The notes beneath the pieces were generated by a model that was not told where the DNA came from, did not search any database, and was given only the letters and a program-made list of their open reading frames with translations. 64,000 nucleotides of DNA from a bacterium (lineage in GTDB: Bacteria > Patescibacteriota > Patescibacteriia > UBA1558 > UBA10009): NCBI GenBank assembly GCA_018672055.1, contig JABHGM010000001.1:200884-264883 (forward strand). The letters run 5' to 3'. Position numbers and translations under genes: made by a program. Of the stretch, positions 1 through 9,449 are shown piece after piece (the stretch's first letter is position 1; every line of letters starts with the position of its first letter).

Positions 1-316
1 TCATATTCTTTTTTATATCCTCTTTAGAAAGCATTGGTCTTTCACTTTCTTTATCAGATGTATCACCTATTACTCCGGTAAAGTCGCCAACAATAAATAT
101 TATTTGATGTCCTAAATCTTGAAAATCTTTTAACTTAAGAAGTGGTATAGCTCTACCTAAATGAATATTTGGGCTTGTTGGGTCAATACCAAGTTTAACT
201 CGTAACTTTTTACCAGATTTTAGTTTTTTTTCTAAATCTTTTTCATTAATTACTTCATCAACTCCACGAGAAAGAAGCTCTTTAATTTTCTTTTTATCTG
301 TTATTATTTTAGACAT
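1..316 (-). CDS. tyrS: Tyrosyl-tRNA synthetase (5' part; runs off window start)
   Basis: Manual translation from ATG at 316: MSKIITDKEKIKELLSRGVDEVI...KLGIDPTSPNIHLGR...GHQIIFIVGDFTGVIGDTSDK; HIGH-like HLGR and TyrRS motifs. Confidence 0.93.
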   Translation of the reverse strand, partial: MSKIITDKKKIKELLSRGVDEVINEKDLEKKLKSGKKLRVKLGIDPTSPNIHLGRAIPLLKLKDFQDLGHQIIFIVGDFTGVIGDTSDKESERPMLSKEDIKKNM

Positions 317-319
317 ATA

Positions 320-892
320 TTATATTTTATTTAAACGTTTTATTGCATCTTCATAATATGGTTTAGCTATTTCTTTTGCACTGTCTGAAGAAATTCTATT
401 GTACATCCAATCAAATTTTTCTCTTATATTTTGTTTGCCTTGTTCTTGAACCTTTTTATTAAGAAAATGATCGACGTTATTCTCCAAGAAGCTTATTGAA
501 TCAGCATCCATTAAAATATTTTGTTCTTCAGTGCCACCAACCTCATGTTTTGATATCAACTCATATACCTTACTTACAATTCCCTTGTCTGCTAAACAAT
601 CTTCTAAAAATTTACAAACTATTTCAGCTCCTTTTTCTTGATGATATTTTATTTTGTCTGTTGCTATTACGGATTCTCCTTTCCCATACAACACTTTCTC
701 TCTAAAAATTCTTTCTGCATCATGGCCAATAGCTGCAATTAAAAGCGCTTCATCAGTATTTGGTTTTAATTTCTTAACCCAATAAGCTGTACGTTCAAAA
801 TGCTTATAACTTCTTTTGGCACACTTTTTATCCCCCTCTTTTAACCTGTCTAATATATACTTATCTACCTGCTTGTATAGTTTATTTTTCAT
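320..892 (-). CDS. HD-domain protein (DUF4202-like)
   Basis: H...AAIGHDAER...HQEKGAE...HE...MDADSISF HD-superfamily motifs. Confidence 0.7.
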   Translation of the reverse strand: MKNKLYKQVDKYILDRLKEGDKKCAKRSYKHFERTAYWVKKLKPNTDEALLIAAIGHDAERIFREKVLYGKGESVIATDKIKYHQEKGAEIVCKFLEDCLADKGIVSKVYELISKHEVGGTEEQNILMDADSISFLENNVDHFLNKKVQEQGKQNIREKFDWMYNRISSDSAKEIAKPYYEDAIKRLNKI

Positions 893-1020
893 ACTTTGCT
901 ATAATTAACATTCAAATTATACCACTATTCTGCTATAATACAAATGAAATATAGCTAAAATAAAGGATATTTATAATTCTAAGTAATTATTAATAAAACT
1001 ATACGTCTTTATCATAAAAC

Positions 1021-3966
1021 ATGCCTATACCACACTTAAAACAAGTTAGATCCCCTAAAAACTGGCGCAATAAGAAGCCGCGTATTAAAAAAAGGAGGTC
1101 TAATATCAGAAATATAAAGATTCGTCCTAAAAAGACTAAGAAGGTTTTTGATATACGTAAAGTTGAAAAACCATCTAAAAATATCTTAAAATTTCTTCTT
1201 ATTATATTACCTGTTTTTTTATTAAAATCTATACGTAAATTTTGGAAACTTATAATCGTTTTTGGAATACTTGGTATTATCTTTGTAATTATTATGTTTG
1301 TCTGGTATTCTCGCGATTTACCTGAACCAGGTCAATTAATGACTCGTGATGTTGCTCAGAGTACTAAAATATATGACAGGACTGGTGATCATTTATTATA
1401 TGAAATACATGGTGAACAGCAAAGAACAATTATCCCATTATCTGAAATACCTGAATATGCTGTTTGGGCTACTCTCTCGCTAGAAGATCAGCAATTCTAC
1501 CAACACAAAGGTTTTTCTCTGTGGGGAATGTTTAGAGGCATGGTAATTAATACTTTAAAAGGAGGTCGAGCTCAAGGTGGCTCTACCTTAACCCAACAAC
1601 TTGTTAAAAATGCTATTCTAACAAACGAAAGAAGAATTAGTCGTAAAATTAAAGAATTAATTCTGTCTTGGCAAATTGAGAAAAAATATTCTAAAGAAGA
1701 AATACTACAAATGTATTTTAATGAAATACCTTATGGTTCTACTGCTTATGGTATTGAGGCTGCCTCATATACTTACTTTGGAAAAAATGCTAAAGATATT
1801 ACTTTGGGTGAAGCAGCTATACTTGCTGCTCTGCCACAAAGACCAAGTTATCTATCACCAAATGGTAGTCATGTAGATGAATTGTTTGGCAGACAACACT
1901 ATGCTCTCAACCAAATGGTTGATCTAGGATACATAACTCCAGAAGCCGCTGAAATTGCTAAAAATGAAGAGATTGATTTTAAACAACGTATTGAAGGTGT
2001 AATTGCCCCTCATTTTGTTTTCTATGTTAAGGGCTTGTTAAGTGAAAAGTATGGTGAAAAAATGGTTGAGCAAGGTGGTTTAAAAGTAATTTCTACTCTA
2101 GATTATGATTTACAATTAAAGGCTGAGGAAATATTACAAGAACAAGCAGCTAAAAATTTAGAAAACTATGATGCCTCTAATGCAGCTTTAGTTAGTATAG
2201 ATGTTAAAACAGGACAAATACTTGCCATGGTTGGTTCTAAAGATTTTTTTGATGATGAAATAGATGGTCAGGTAAATATTGTAACTTCTTTAAGACAGCC
2301 TGGCAGCTCATTTAAGCCTCTTGTTTACACATCATCATGGGAAATGGGTTATGTGCCAGAAACCGTTGTCTACGACCTTGTTACCACGTTTCCAGCCGAT
2401 CCAAAGCCATACACACCACATAACTATGACTCTGAGGAAAGAGGTCCTGTTTCTTTAAGAAAAGCATTAGCTGGTTCATTAAATATACCTGCTGTTAAAA
2501 TGATTTATTTGGCTGGTATTAGTAATGTTTTAGACTTATCAGAAAAGCTTGGCTATACTTCGCTAGGTGACAGGTCTCGTTTTGGACTATCTTTAGTTTT
2601 AGGTGGTGGCGAAGTTAAGTTATTGGAACATGTTAATGCTTACGCTGCTTTTGCTAGAGAGGGTAAGTTCTTAAATACTTCTTCTATTTTAAAGCTTGAA
2701 GATGGAAATGGTAAATTAATGGAAGAATTTGAACAAGTAAGGGCCACCAAAGTAATGGAACCAAATATTGCAAATATTACTTCTGATGTTTTATCAGATA
2801 ACAATGCCAGGGCCTATGCTTTTGGTGAGAATAATTATTTAACTTTAGGTGGTGTCCAAGTTGCTGCCAAAACAGGAACTACTAATGATTATCGTGATGC
2901 TTGGACTATTGGTTATACGACTTCAATAGCTACTGGCGTTTGGGTTGGTAATAATGATAATTCAGAAATGAAGCTTGGCGCTGCTGGCGGAGCTATTGCT
3001 GCTCCTATTTGGCAAAAATTTATGACTGAGATAAATAAGGAATATCCAGGTAGTAATTTTAATGAGCCAAGTTATAGTATTCCAAATAAATCAATGTTAG
3101 GTGGCGAGGCTTCAGGTATTAAAGTAAATATTGATTCTATGTCTGGTCTTTTAGCTTCAGAAAATACACCAAACCATTTAATAATTGAAAAAACTTTTAA
3201 ACAAGCTCATAGCATCTTACATTATGTAAATAAAAATAATCCTTTAGGAGGCGCTTTAAATACTCCAAGCGATGACCCTTTTTATGAGTCCTGGGAAAGT
3301 GAAGTTGTAGAGTGGGCTTTAGAAAATGAAGTTGTTAATGAATTGCCACCAACTGAATATGATAATATTCATAAAGCAAACGATAAACCAAACGTATCTT
3401 TTAGCTCGCCAAATAATAATCAAAATATTAGTGATACTGTAGTTACTTTAAAAGCTAATGCTAATTCAAATAGGGGTGTTGTTAAATTAGAATATTATCT
3501 TGATAATACATTAATTAATACAATTTATTCTACTCCATACACTTTTAATTATTCAATCCCTCATAATATTTTAAATGGTGCTCACCGTTTTATTGTTAAA
3601 GCTTATGATGATTTAGGAAATGTTGGTGAAGCACAAATTAACTTTAATCTCGAACGTGATTCATATTTAAATATAAACTGGTTAGAACCAAATACTAGCA
3701 CCACGCTTGATTCAGGTGATTTTCCATTTAATTTAATTCTATATATTGAAGAGGTGGAAAGGGTAAATAAGATAGATTTCTATTATCAATTAGTAGATAG
3801 TAATAGTTCTGGATTCTTAGGCTTTACAGACCAGGTCTATCAAAACAATAACCAAATTACCTGGGTTTCTCCACCGGCTATAGGCGTATATCATGTCTAC
3901 CCAGTTATAACAGATAATAATAATCAAATTTTTACAGGACCTAGAATAACAATAAGTATTGAATAA
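1021..3966 (+). CDS. Class A penicillin-binding protein (PBP1A family) with C-terminal Ig-like domains
   Basis: TM anchor, transglycosylase EDQQF and GGSTLTQQLVKN motifs, transpeptidase SSFK / SLN / KTG motifs, Big-like C-terminus. Confidence 0.93.
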   Translation: MPIPHLKQVRSPKNWRNKKPRIKKRRSNIRNIKIRPKKTKKVFDIRKVEKPSKNILKFLLIILPVFLLKSIRKFWKLIIVFGILGIIFVIIMFVWYSRDLPEPGQLMTRDVAQSTKIYDRTGDHLLYEIHGEQQRTIIPLSEIPEYAVWATLSLEDQQFYQHKGFSLWGMFRGMVINTLKGGRAQGGSTLTQQLVKNAILTNERRISRKIKELILSWQIEKKYSKEEILQMYFNEIPYGSTAYGIEAASYTYFGKNAKDITLGEAAILAALPQRPSYLSPNGSHVDELFGRQHYALNQMVDLGYITPEAAEIAKNEEIDFKQRIEGVIAPHFVFYVKGLLSEKYGEKMVEQGGLKVISTLDYDLQLKAEEILQEQAAKNLENYDASNAALVSIDVKTGQILAMVGSKDFFDDEIDGQVNIVTSLRQPGSSFKPLVYTSSWEMGYVPETVVYDLVTTFPADPKPYTPHNYDSEERGPVSLRKALAGSLNIPAVKMIYLAGISNVLDLSEKLGYTSLGDRSRFGLSLVLGGGEVKLLEHVNAYAAFAREGKFLNTSSILKLEDGNGKLMEEFEQVRATKVMEPNIANITSDVLSDNNARAYAFGENNYLTLGGVQVAAKTGTTNDYRDAWTIGYTTSIATGVWVGNNDNSEMKLGAAGGAIAAPIWQKFMTEINKEYPGSNFNEPSYSIPNKSMLGGEASGIKVNIDSMSGLLASENTPNHLIIEKTFKQAHSILHYVNKNNPLGGALNTPSDDPFYESWESEVVEWALENEVVNELPPTEYDNIHKANDKPNVSFSSPNNNQNISDTVVTLKANANSNRGVVKLEYYLDNTLINTIYSTPYTFNYSIPHNILNGAHRFIVKAYDDLGNVGEAQINFNLERDSYLNINWLEPNTSTTLDSGDFPFNLILYIEEVERVNKIDFYYQLVDSNSSGFLGFTDQVYQNNNQITWVSPPAIGVYHVYPVITDNNNQIFTGPRITISIE

Positions 3967-4189
3967 TATGGAAGTTAAGTTGGGTATTTATTTACATTAT
4001 AAAAATAAAAAATATAAAGTGCTTGGTACCTGTAGACATAGTGAAACCAACGAAGAGATGGTTCTTTATGAAACTTTATATAAAAACCCTAAAAGTAAAT
4101 TATGGGTTAGGCCTAAAAACATGTTTTTAGAAGAAATTGTTATTGATAATAAAAAAGTACCTAGATTTAAATTTATTTCAACCAAATAG
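3959..4189 (+). CDS. DUF1653 family protein
   Basis: GIYLHYKNKKYKV...HSETNEEMVLY...WVRPKNMF...PRF signature. Confidence 0.85.
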   Translation: MNNMEVKLGIYLHYKNKKYKVLGTCRHSETNEEMVLYETLYKNPKSKLWVRPKNMFLEEIVIDNKKVPRFKFISTK

Positions 4190-4307
4190 AAAAGAAGATT
4201 CCATGCAGATCTTCTTCTCTATCCCCTTTTTATGGGCTATATGATAATGGCTCTGTTTTTTTTATTATTTGGATAGTAATTAAAAAACTTTGCCTTAATC
4301 AATTAAT

Positions 4308-5417
4308 TTATTGTTTTATCGGCATAACTATATATAAATAGTTGCCATTTTTATCAGCCTTCATTACGCCCGGTGAATTATCATTTACTAATTCTAACAC
4401 CACTTCGTCCTCTCCCAAATTACTTAGGCCGTCTAAAAAATATCTATAGTTAAACACCACTTCATTATCAATCCCAGAAATTTCGGTTGAAAGAGTTACT
4501 GTGTTTTCACCTATACCACTATTTGCAGCTGAAACAATTAATTCATTTTTTTCTTCTAATAAATTTAATTTAACATCATTAACACCTGGTTTACAAAACA
4601 AAGAAACACTTTTTATAATCCTAGAAAGCTCTTCAACCTTAACCTTGGTTTGAGTTTTGCTTTCAGTAGGAATTATTTGCTTATAATCAGGATATTGTCC
4701 TTCAATAAGTCTTGAAACAAGCTCAACTTCATCCTCTAAAACAAACATTATTTGACTGTCATTAATATATATTATAATTTCTTCTTGGTTTGTTTCTGAT
4801 AATATTCTATTTAACTCTTGCAAGGTTCTAAGAGGAACTATTATTTTATGTTCTTCGCCACTTGAATCTGTTAAAGCTATGCTTTTTTCTGCCAACCTAT
4901 AACTATCAGTACCAACAAGAAGTAATTTATTATTACTAATGCTAAAGAATATTCCACTTATCTCTGGTCTTGATTCATCTAGGGTTACAGAAAACATTAC
5001 CTGATTTAAAGCCTTTTTTAAATCTATGCTTTTAAGTTTTACTTTTTTATCTTTATTTACTTCTGGTATTACTGGAAAATCTGATGATTCTAAACCTTTT
5101 ATATATGTTTCGTGTTTTTGACACTCAATATAAACTGTTTGATCTTTAAGCTCTAAGCTTATTTTTTCTTTAGGTAATAAATTAATATAGTCAGCTAATA
5201 ATTTTGCTTGCACTGTAAAAGAACCTTCTTTTTCAATTTTACCTCTTAGTTGTGTTTTAATACCAATTTCTAAATTAGTTGAACTTAAATTAATTAATCC
5301 ATCCTTAACTTCAAGTAATATATTATTTAAGATTGGTAAAGTTACGCTGCGGCCAGCTATATGACTTACGTTAGACAAGGCTTTGTTAAAATTCTCCTGC
5401 GTGCATGTGAATTTCAT
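4308..5417 (-). CDS. dnaN: DNA polymerase III beta clamp
   Basis: TDSYRLA, SRLIEGQYPDY, C-terminal MPI; downstream of dnaA. Confidence 0.97.
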   Translation of the reverse strand: MKFTCTQENFNKALSNVSHIAGRSVTLPILNNILLEVKDGLINLSSTNLEIGIKTQLRGKIEKEGSFTVQAKLLADYINLLPKEKISLELKDQTVYIECQKHETYIKGLESSDFPVIPEVNKDKKVKLKSIDLKKALNQVMFSVTLDESRPEISGIFFSISNNKLLLVGTDSYRLAEKSIALTDSSGEEHKIIVPLRTLQELNRILSETNQEEIIIYINDSQIMFVLEDEVELVSRLIEGQYPDYKQIIPTESKTQTKVKVEELSRIIKSVSLFCKPGVNDVKLNLLEEKNELIVSAANSGIGENTVTLSTEISGIDNEVVFNYRYFLDGLSNLGEDEVVLELVNDNSPGVMKADKNGNYLYIVMPIKQ

Positions 5418-5688
5418 AGCATTATTATTAGTTATTTAATATATATTTATATAGTTATTATAATAGGGACTGTTAATATGTTTAAAAGTTTTTAAACTAC
5501 CCACTTTTATTACCTTTATTTGTGTTTTTTAAATTTGTAAAGTGAGGATAATAATTTAATTGTTTTTGGATAAATAATATTTTTTTTATATTATCTCTTT
5601 TTCTGTTAACAACTATTTTTTTTATTAACCTTTTTTAACAACCTTATGCTTATTCTTTCCTCAAACTTATACCTAAGTTATTCAGAGC
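5418..5688. other. Probable oriC unwinding region (dnaA-dnaN intergenic)
   Basis: On minus strand: degenerate DnaA boxes (TTATCCAAA 5565-5573, TTATCCTCA 5543-5551, TTTTAAACA and TATTAACA 5471-5487), GTCCC tract, trio-like CTA TTA TAA TAA CTA (5452-5466), AT cluster; most core genes point away from this region. Confidence 0.7.
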
Positions 5689-7053
5689 TTATTGGTAAAA
5701 CTTTTGTTTAATAAGATGAATATCATTTTTCATTTTCTCATCTTTTTCTAAAATTGCTGTTATTTTGTTACAAGCATGAATAGCTGTGGTGTGGTCTCTG
5801 CCGCCAAGTTCTTGGCCAATTGATGGATAAGAAGCCTTTATTTCTTCTCTCATTAAATACATTACAATTTGTCTTGGAGTAACCAGCTGTCTTCTTCTGC
5901 AATTACCTGTTATTTCTTCAATTGATATATCAAAATAGCTGGAAACAATTTGAATTATTTTTTTAGGTGTAATATTGCCTCTTACATTAGAAGCGCTTAT
6001 ATTTTCCATTATCTGTTTTGTAGAGTCGAGAGTTATGTTTGAGTTATTTAACTGATGATGCCCTATTATTCTATTTAAAGCGCCCTCAAGCTCTCTAACG
6101 TTGTTTCTAACGTTCTCAGCTAAGTATTGAATAACCTCTTTTTCTATCTCATGTTCTTTTTCATTAGCCTTGGCTTCTAAGATAGCTATTCTTGTTTCAA
6201 GATCAGGCGCTGATATATCAGCAGTCATGCCCCATTCAAATCTAGAGATTAATCTTTGTTCAATGTCTGGTATGGCCTTGGGTGGCCTATCACTGCTTAA
6301 AACAATTTGTTTATTATCCTGGTGCAGTGCATTAAAGGTGTGAAAAAATTCTTCTTGAGTTTGTTCTTTGCCTGAAATAAACTGAATATCATCAATTATT
6401 AAGACATCAACCTTACGATATATGTTTTTAAATTGATCTACTGTATTAGTTTTAATAGATTGAATAAAATCATTAGTAAACTTTTCTGAACTTATAAAAA
6501 GTATTTTAAGTTTTGGGTTATTTAATAATAAATGATTGCCAATGGCTTGAGCTAAATGAGTTTTTCCAAGACCAACACCGCCGTAAATAAAAAGCGGGTT
6601 ATATGAAATACCCGGTTTTTCAGCTACAGCCTTAGCAGCAGCACTAGCAAGTTCATTGCCTTTTCCAATAACAAATGATTCAAAGTTATATTTTTCATTA
6701 AAACCAAATTTGTTTGATGTTCTTTTTTCGCTTGAAGTATTATTAGAATCAACTTCTACCCTTGGAGTGATTCCGTCTAGCTTAGGCTTTATAACTTGAG
6801 GCTTAGAGGTTTCAACAACAAATTCAAGCAATTTAACATCTTTACTGGTAATATTTTTTAAAGCTTGCAAGATTTGTTCTTTGTATTTTTTTTCAAGCCA
6901 AGCTTTAGTAAAAGCGTTTGGTGTACCAACTATCACCTTATTATCCTCAGAAGAACTAATAAATGTATTTTTAAACCAAGTAGTAAAATTAGCTTTACTA
7001 ATTAAAAGCTCTAATTCACCTAGAACGGCTTGCCATAGTTGATCATTGGTCAT
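5689..7053 (-). CDS. dnaA: Chromosomal replication initiator DnaA (start moved to MTNDQLWQ)
   Basis: YNPLFIYGGVGLGKTHL Walker A, IDDIQF, RELEGAL, GGRDHTT. Confidence 0.97.
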   Translation of the reverse strand: MTNDQLWQAVLGELELLISKANFTTWFKNTFISSSEDNKVIVGTPNAFTKAWLEKKYKEQILQALKNITSKDVKLLEFVVETSKPQVIKPKLDGITPRVEVDSNNTSSEKRTSNKFGFNEKYNFESFVIGKGNELASAAAKAVAEKPGISYNPLFIYGGVGLGKTHLAQAIGNHLLLNNPKLKILFISSEKFTNDFIQSIKTNTVDQFKNIYRKVDVLIIDDIQFISGKEQTQEEFFHTFNALHQDNKQIVLSSDRPPKAIPDIEQRLISRFEWGMTADISAPDLETRIAILEAKANEKEHEIEKEVIQYLAENVRNNVRELEGALNRIIGHHQLNNSNITLDSTKQIMENISASNVRGNITPKKIIQIVSSYFDISIEEITGNCRRRQLVTPRQIVMYLMREEIKASYPSIGQELGGRDHTTAIHACNKITAILEKDEKMKNDIHLIKQKFYQ

Positions 7054-7245
7054 AATTGTTTTTGTTTTAATTTGTTTAAGGGTAAATAGAATAATAGCAT
7101 AAAATTTGGATTTACAAAATATCCCCAAAAGAGAACAAATTGTACATAAACTGTTGATGAATTGGGTATAATATATATGCCTCATAAAAGCATTGACTTG
7201 AGGGTTAAAAGTTGCTAGACTTAAAACCATTAAATATATAAATAT

Positions 7246-7383
7246 ATGCCTAAAAGAACATATCAACCGAAAAAAAGAAGACGCGCTAAAAAACATGGTT
7301 TTAGAAAAAGAATGTCATCTAAAACAGGTAAACGCGTTTTAAAGAAAAGAAGAGAAAAGGGTAGAAAAAGCTTAACCGCTTAA
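7246..7383 (+). CDS. rpmH: 50S ribosomal protein L34 (45 aa, not in ORF track)
   Basis: [45 protein letters not shown]; divergent from dnaA. Confidence 0.97.
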   Translation: MPKRTYQPKKRRRAKKHGFRKRMSSKTGKRVLKKRREKGRKSLTA

Positions 7384-7389
7384 ATTTTT

Positions 7390-7731
7390 ATGCTTTTTAA
7401 ATTAAAATCTATTACTAAAGAAAAGGATTTTAAAGAAATAGCTAGAAAAGGAAGAATTGCCTCAAGCCAAGAAATTACTCTTAAAGTATTAAAGAGTGAT
7501 ATAGAAGATAATAGATTTGGTATTGTAATTTCAAAGAAAGTCTCAAAAAAAGCCATAGAGAGAAATAAGTTAAAGAGACAAATTAAAGAGATTATAAAAC
7601 TAGAATTAAAAAGCCTAAAAAACGGGCATAGTATTTTAATTTTAGTAAGCCCTAGAATGATAGGTAAAGAATACAATGAAATTAAGGAAATACTACTAAA
7701 ACTCTTTAAAAAAGCCAATCTTTATGCTTAA
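7390..7731 (+). CDS. rnpA: Ribonuclease P protein component
   Basis: RFGIVISKKVSKKAIERNKLKRQIKE (RNR motif); synteny. Confidence 0.95.
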   Translation: MLFKLKSITKEKDFKEIARKGRIASSQEITLKVLKSDIEDNRFGIVISKKVSKKAIERNKLKRQIKEIIKLELKSLKNGHSILILVSPRMIGKEYNEIKEILLKLFKKANLYA

Positions 7732-7960
7732 GAAAATAGCTTTAAAAATAATTAAAATATATCAAAAAACCTTATCTCCTGACACAGGCTGGTTTTCATT
7801 TAAAAACCCCTATGGATATTGTAAACATTTTCCAACCTGTTCTAATTATACATATCAAGCAATTGAAAAATATGGAACAATTAGAGGTAGTTTAAAAGGT
7901 TTTTTTAGAATATTAAGATGTAATCCCCTAACTAAAGGCGGATACGACCCATTAAAATAA
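7724..7960 (+). CDS. yidD: Membrane protein insertion efficiency factor
   Basis: CKHFPTCSNY...RILRCNP...GYDP. Confidence 0.95.
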   Translation: MLKKIALKIIKIYQKTLSPDTGWFSFKNPYGYCKHFPTCSNYTYQAIEKYGTIRGSLKGFFRILRCNPLTKGGYDPLK

Positions 7961-7964
7961 AACT

Positions 7965-8681
7965 ATGTTCGGAACACTTTATCAAACAATACTTTATCAA
8001 CCAATTTTTAACTTACTAGTATATTTTTATAATGTATTTGGAGATCTTGGTTGGGCAATAATATTTTTAACTATTGTTATTAAGTTAATTCTATCTCCAT
8101 TTTTTATTCAATCTATTAAGGCTCAAAGAGCAATGCAAGCTATTCAGCCTAAACTTGAAGCTTTAAAAGAGAAATACAAGGATGAAAAAGATAAATTAGG
8201 ACCAGCCATGATGGCTTTGTATAAGGAAGAAAAAGTAAGTCCTTTTTCCTCATGTTTACCTTTGCTTTTACAGTTTCCTTTTTTAATAGCAGTTTTTCAA
8301 GTATTTAGAACAGGCCTTGCAAATGGTAGTTTTGAATTAGTCTATCCATTTATTCATAATCCAGAATATTTAGAGCCTTTAGCTTTTGGCATTATCGATA
8401 TGAATGTACGAAGTATACCTCTTGCATTATTAGCTGGTGCTGCCCAATTTTGGCAGTCAAAAACCATGATGGCTAGAAAGAAGGATGAACCAAAACAGAA
8501 AAATAACATGGCAGCAAACATGACCAAACAAATGATGTATATGATGCCAATTATAACAGTCTTTATTGGTTTCTCATTACCTGCTGGGCTTACCTTTTAT
8601 TGGTTCTTAACAACTCTGCTTAGTGCAGTTCAACAAATATATATATTTAGAGATAAAAAAGTTGAAGTTATAAAAGCATAG
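7965..8681 (+). CDS. yidC: YidC/Oxa1 membrane insertase (short form)
   Basis: SCLPLLLQFP, LPAGLTFYW; synteny. Confidence 0.93.
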   Translation: MFGTLYQTILYQPIFNLLVYFYNVFGDLGWAIIFLTIVIKLILSPFFIQSIKAQRAMQAIQPKLEALKEKYKDEKDKLGPAMMALYKEEKVSPFSSCLPLLLQFPFLIAVFQVFRTGLANGSFELVYPFIHNPEYLEPLAFGIIDMNVRSIPLALLAGAAQFWQSKTMMARKKDEPKQKNNMAANMTKQMMYMMPIITVFIGFSLPAGLTFYWFLTTLLSAVQQIYIFRDKKVEVIKA

Positions 8682-8685
8682 ATAT

Positions 8686-8952
8686 ATGAATATTGCTTGG
8701 GAAAATTTAAAAAACTTACCAGTTTTTACCCAAAGCAACCAGCAGCTGGGTAGAATTTGTGATATTGAAATTGATAGTAAAACTCATAGTATAAATAAAT
8801 ATATTATAAAAAGCTCAAAAGTTATTAAAAGATTAACAGAAGAAAATATATTAATATCTCCTTCACAAGTAATAGCTATAGATGAAAATAAAATGATAGT
8901 CGTAGATAATGTAGTTCAGAACAAAGTATTAGTAAAGGCAACAGCAATTTAA
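8686..8952 (+). CDS. PRC-barrel domain protein
   Basis: LPVFT..GRICDIEID...ILISPSQVIAI pattern. Confidence 0.75.
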   Translation: MNIAWENLKNLPVFTQSNQQLGRICDIEIDSKTHSINKYIIKSSKVIKRLTEENILISPSQVIAIDENKMIVVDNVVQNKVLVKATAI

Positions 8953-8959
8953 TTTTAAA

Positions 8960-8999
8960 TAAAAAAAATAAACGGTTGATATATTATCAACCGTTTTTA
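8960..8999. terminator. Bidirectional intrinsic terminator
   Basis: AAACGGTTGATA / TATCAACCGTTT stem flanked by A- and T-tracts. Confidence 0.75.
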
Positions 9000-9005
9000 T
9001 TGTTG

Positions 9006-9075
9006 TGACACCACAAGGATTCGAACCTCAGTCTTTTCCTGTGAGGGAAATGCTCTACCATTGAGTTATGGTGTC
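9006..9075 (-). pseudogene. Degenerate tRNA-like element (Val CAC-like)
   Basis: Cloverleaf GACACCA/TGGTGTC acceptor and GGTTCGAATCC T-arm, but 6-nt anticodon loop (CTCACA), D-stem mismatch and no CCA. Confidence 0.65.
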
Positions 9076-9087
9076 TATTGAATGAAG

Positions 9088-9297
9088 TGCGTTCAATACT
9101 ATAAAAAGTGAGCTAATCTATCAAACAGGATAGGTAAAAGATACCATAGACTAACTCTATCAAGCATTGAAAGTAAATAAACATTTTATAGTAAATGAAC
9201 GCATAAAAGGCACAAACCTACATAAGTCTATAGCAGAGACTTAACCTCCTTTACCGATAGTAAAAAAGACACACTTGTAAAATTAAGTTATGTAGGT
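9088..9297 (-). ncRNA. Putative two-domain structured ncRNA between the two aberrant tRNAs
   Basis: Closing stems ACCTACATAA/TTATGTAGGT and TGCGTTCA..TACTATAAAA/TTTTATAGTA..TGAACGCA; internal helices use G-U pairs only on minus strand; no ORF. Confidence 0.5.
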
Positions 9298-9299
9298 CG

Positions 9300-9372
9300 C
9301 GATGTTACTAGGACTCGAACCCAGGACCCCTGCGTAACAGGCAGGTGCTCTAGCCAACTGAGCTATAACATC
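9300..9372 (-). tRNA. Atypical tRNA, anticodon GTT (Asn) in an Asp-like body
   Basis: GATGTTA/TAACATC acceptor, CCTGC-CT GTT AC-GCAGG arm, G73, no encoded CCA. Confidence 0.7.
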
Positions 9373-9394
9373 ATTGTAAGTACAAAGTTATAGT

Positions 9395-9423
9395 ATATTA
9401 TAGTATATTAAAAAAAATGTCAA
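9395..9423 (-). promoter_or_regulatory. Sigma70-type promoter for the tRNA/ncRNA unit
   Basis: TTGACA-17-TAATAT on minus strand. Confidence 0.6.
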
Positions 9424-9449
9424 TACTATGACACTTTATGATATTTTAT

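Noticed and set aside
7054-7296. 81-aa N-terminal extension of DnaA in the ORF track
   Set aside because: Overlaps rpmH and the divergent promoters; DnaA homology starts at MTNDQLWQ (7053)
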